From contig NZ_CP064927.1 in assembly GCF_018336915.1 (NCBI RefSeq), positions 44,602 to 68,601 of the forward strand: a stretch of 24,000 bases of DNA, written 5' to 3'. The notes under the pieces were generated by a model. That model worked only from the letters and a program-made list of their open reading frames with translations, did not search any database and was not told the DNA's origin. The first letter of the stretch is position 1. Every line of letters starts with the position of its first letter. The DNA comes from Acaryochloris marina S15. GTDB taxonomy: Bacteria; Cyanobacteriota; Cyanobacteriia; Thermosynechococcales; Thermosynechococcaceae. Below are positions 22,550-24,000 of the stretch, one piece after another. A program made the translations under genes and the position numbers.

Positions 22550-23149
22550 GTTCCCTCGTTTTACCTGGGCAGATATCCAGTGACCCAGGCCCAGTGGAAA
22601 GCCATCATGAGGACTAACCCTTCTAACTCTAAAGGTGCTAATCGGCCTGTAGAGCGGGTTTCTTGGAATGATGCCACTGAATTCTGCCAAAAGCTCTCTC
22701 AGAAAAGCGGTAAACTCTATCGGCTGCCAAGTGAAGCAGAATGGGAATATGCTTGTCGAGCTGGAACAATCACTCCTTTCCATTGTGGTGAGACCATCAC
22801 CCTAGATTTAGCGAATTACTACCCTTCTAGAGGTTATGCCTCTGGCCCAAAAGGACACTCTCTGAAAACGACCACAGACGTCGGCAGATTTCCCCCTAAT
22901 GCCTTTGGTTTACATGACATGCATGGAAATGTAACTGAATGGTGTCAAGATACTTTGCATAAAAACTATGAAGGTGCCCCCACTGATGGAAGTGCTTGGG
23001 AGGATAACTATTACTACGAAAGAATGCGGAGAGGAGGCTCCTGGCTCAGCAACTCGGATGGCTGCCGTTCAGCAACTCGCTCTTGGCTCAAACCATACGA
23101 TAGTGAAAACAACACCATTGGCTTTCGGGTTGCCTTAGTCGCATCCTAA
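22550..23149 (+). pseudogene. 3' part (199 codons) of the IS-interrupted FGE-sulfatase/SUMF1 family gene
   Basis: In frame from 22550: VPSFYLGRYPVTQAQWKAIMRTNPSNSKGANRPVERVSWNDATEFCQKLSQKSGKLYRLPSEAEWEYACRAGTITPF...GLHDMHGNVTEWCQD...RGGSW...CRSATR...IGFRVAL. These are classic FGE-sulfatase domain motifs. Removing 21055-22549 joins it in frame to 20698-21054, giving 319 codons. Confidence 0.9.
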
Positions 23150-23317
23150 GAATTCCGTTTGAAATTCATGAGCTTAGTTTTGAGGCAGCATTTGAGCTAA
23201 AAGATACGTTTGATGTGTCACAGGTGGTCGAGTTGCCGACTGGAGCGGATAGAGCGTATTGATGAGATGGTTTTGGTGTACCTGAATCGATAGAGAGTGG
23301 CGAGGTTTGAGGGGTGA
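23150..23317 (+). pseudogene. Decayed fragment paralogous to the 3' end of the gene at 13170-13790
   Basis: 23150-23317 aligns with 13621-13790 (gaattccgtttgaaa... versus gaatttcgtttgaaa...). The translation FEIHELSFEAAFELKDTFDVSQVVELPTG, then a frameshift, then LERIERIDEMVLVYLNR*RVARFEG* compares with FETPEFCFECALELEDTFDVLQVLSLRPGETIERIEEMIGVWLDRERVAKAWG*. Homology begins immediately after the FGE gene stop codon. Confidence 0.75.
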
Positions 23318-23368
23318 ATGAAGAGTGGCCGGATGTATAGGTACGGTTGTGTTTTGGGAGTTGTAGTT

Positions 23369-23944
23369 ATGACTGCTGTGGAATTGTTGGAGCGTTATGC
23401 TGCTGGGGAGAGAGATTTCAGTGGAATTAGTCTCCGAGGGGCTAATCTGATTAGAGCTAACTTACAAAGGATAAATTTGTCTAATGCCAAGTTGGGGCGA
23501 ACTTTGCTCATTGCGGCTAATTTGAGTGACTCCAATTTGGAAGGCATCAACTTGGAAGGAGCCGATTTGACTCGTGCCAACCTGAATCGGGCTAGCCTGA
23601 CTAATGCTGTTGTTAATGGAGACGCCATTGGAACTTTCTTCGAGCAAGCTAATTTGTCTAATGCTCGGATGTTTAGAGCGACTTTGGATGGCGCCACCTT
23701 TTTTCAAGCTAATTTGCACAGGGCGAATCTGGCTTGTACTAGTTTGATTGGGACTCGATTCTTGCATGCTAATTTGCGAGATGCCGATCTCCAAGAAGCC
23801 AGAGGGGTTGCTGACTTCACTGAAGCCGATCTCTTGAATACTATCCCTGACCATCCTGCTGAGATGAAAGATTTCGAGAAAAGATTGGGCACTTCCATTT
23901 TTTATCGAACTATTATGCCCAATGGAACAATTCGTAGTACCTAA
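23369..23944 (+). CDS. Pentapeptide-repeat protein
   Basis: MTAVELLERYAAGERDFSGISLRGANLIRANLQRINLSNAKLGRTLLIAANLSDSNLEGINLEGADLTRANLNRASL... is the canonical A(D/N)LxX pentapeptide array with the typical ELL.RYaaGeRdF leader. ATG 23369 (GGGAG ~9 nt upstream) is preferred over the track's ATG 23318. Confidence 0.9.
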   Translation: MTAVELLERYAAGERDFSGISLRGANLIRANLQRINLSNAKLGRTLLIAANLSDSNLEGINLEGADLTRANLNRASLTNAVVNGDAIGTFFEQANLSNARMFRATLDGATFFQANLHRANLACTSLIGTRFLHANLRDADLQEARGVADFTEADLLNTIPDHPAEMKDFEKRLGTSIFYRTIMPNGTIRST

Positions 23945-24000
23945 ATTTAGGCGATCTCTGAGAAATAATTTACCAGGCCATGCAGGGAACGATCCGCACC

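Noticed and set aside
23395-23898. Reverse-strand ORFs (100, 130, 64 aa) antisense to the pentapeptide-repeat gene
   Set aside because: This is a mirror artefact of the 15-nt periodic repeat. The + strand translation gives the canonical A(D/N)LxX pattern.
23980-24000. Possible start of another + strand gene (atgcagggaacgatccgcacc) at the right edge
   Set aside because: Only 7 codons are visible, which is too little to support any call.

Overview
The window reads like a cyanobacterial accessory, possibly plasmid-type, region. Supporting content: a 4-Cys-prefix Ser/Thr kinase, TPR-CHAT, DUF928, a TPS-domain beta-helix protein, LRR and pentapeptide proteins, and three different IS families. Left end (1-1.5 kb): the 5' part of a divergent sigma-70 factor on the reverse strand (missing from the ORF track because it runs off the edge). 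It is followed by about 730 bp of non-coding DNA with hairpin repeats and ~45-bp iteron-like repeats, then a small ribbon-helix-helix gene. Core (2.1-12.6 kb): two tightly packed convergent operons. The + strand carries an HTH-STAND NTPase, a membrane Ser/Thr kinase with C-terminal TPRs, and DUF928. The - strand carries an FAD monooxygenase, a TPS-domain exoprotein and a secreted TPR-CHAT protease. This is my best candidate for an undescribed envelope-spanning signalling or conflict system. Middle (12.6-15 kb): a GC-richer islet encoding an RHH-like + dsRBD protein and a proline-rich protein, followed by two conserved hypotheticals. Right part (15-24 kb), in order: (a) an IS5-family element; (b) a secreted LRR protein built from 14-15 near-identical 69-bp tandem repeats; (c) an IS256-family fragment, an AraC/GyrI regulator and a full IS256-family copy, together bracketed by an identical 8-bp direct repeat; (d) a Tat-signal FGE-sulfatase (SUMF1-type) gene split by an ISKra4-like element with a 9-bp target duplication, whose transposase has one in-frame TGA; (e) a decayed paralog fragment of the proline-rich protein gene; (f) a pentapeptide-repeat gene. 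I could not support any rRNA, tRNA or CRISPR array. All family calls rest on motif recognition by eye, not on database searches.
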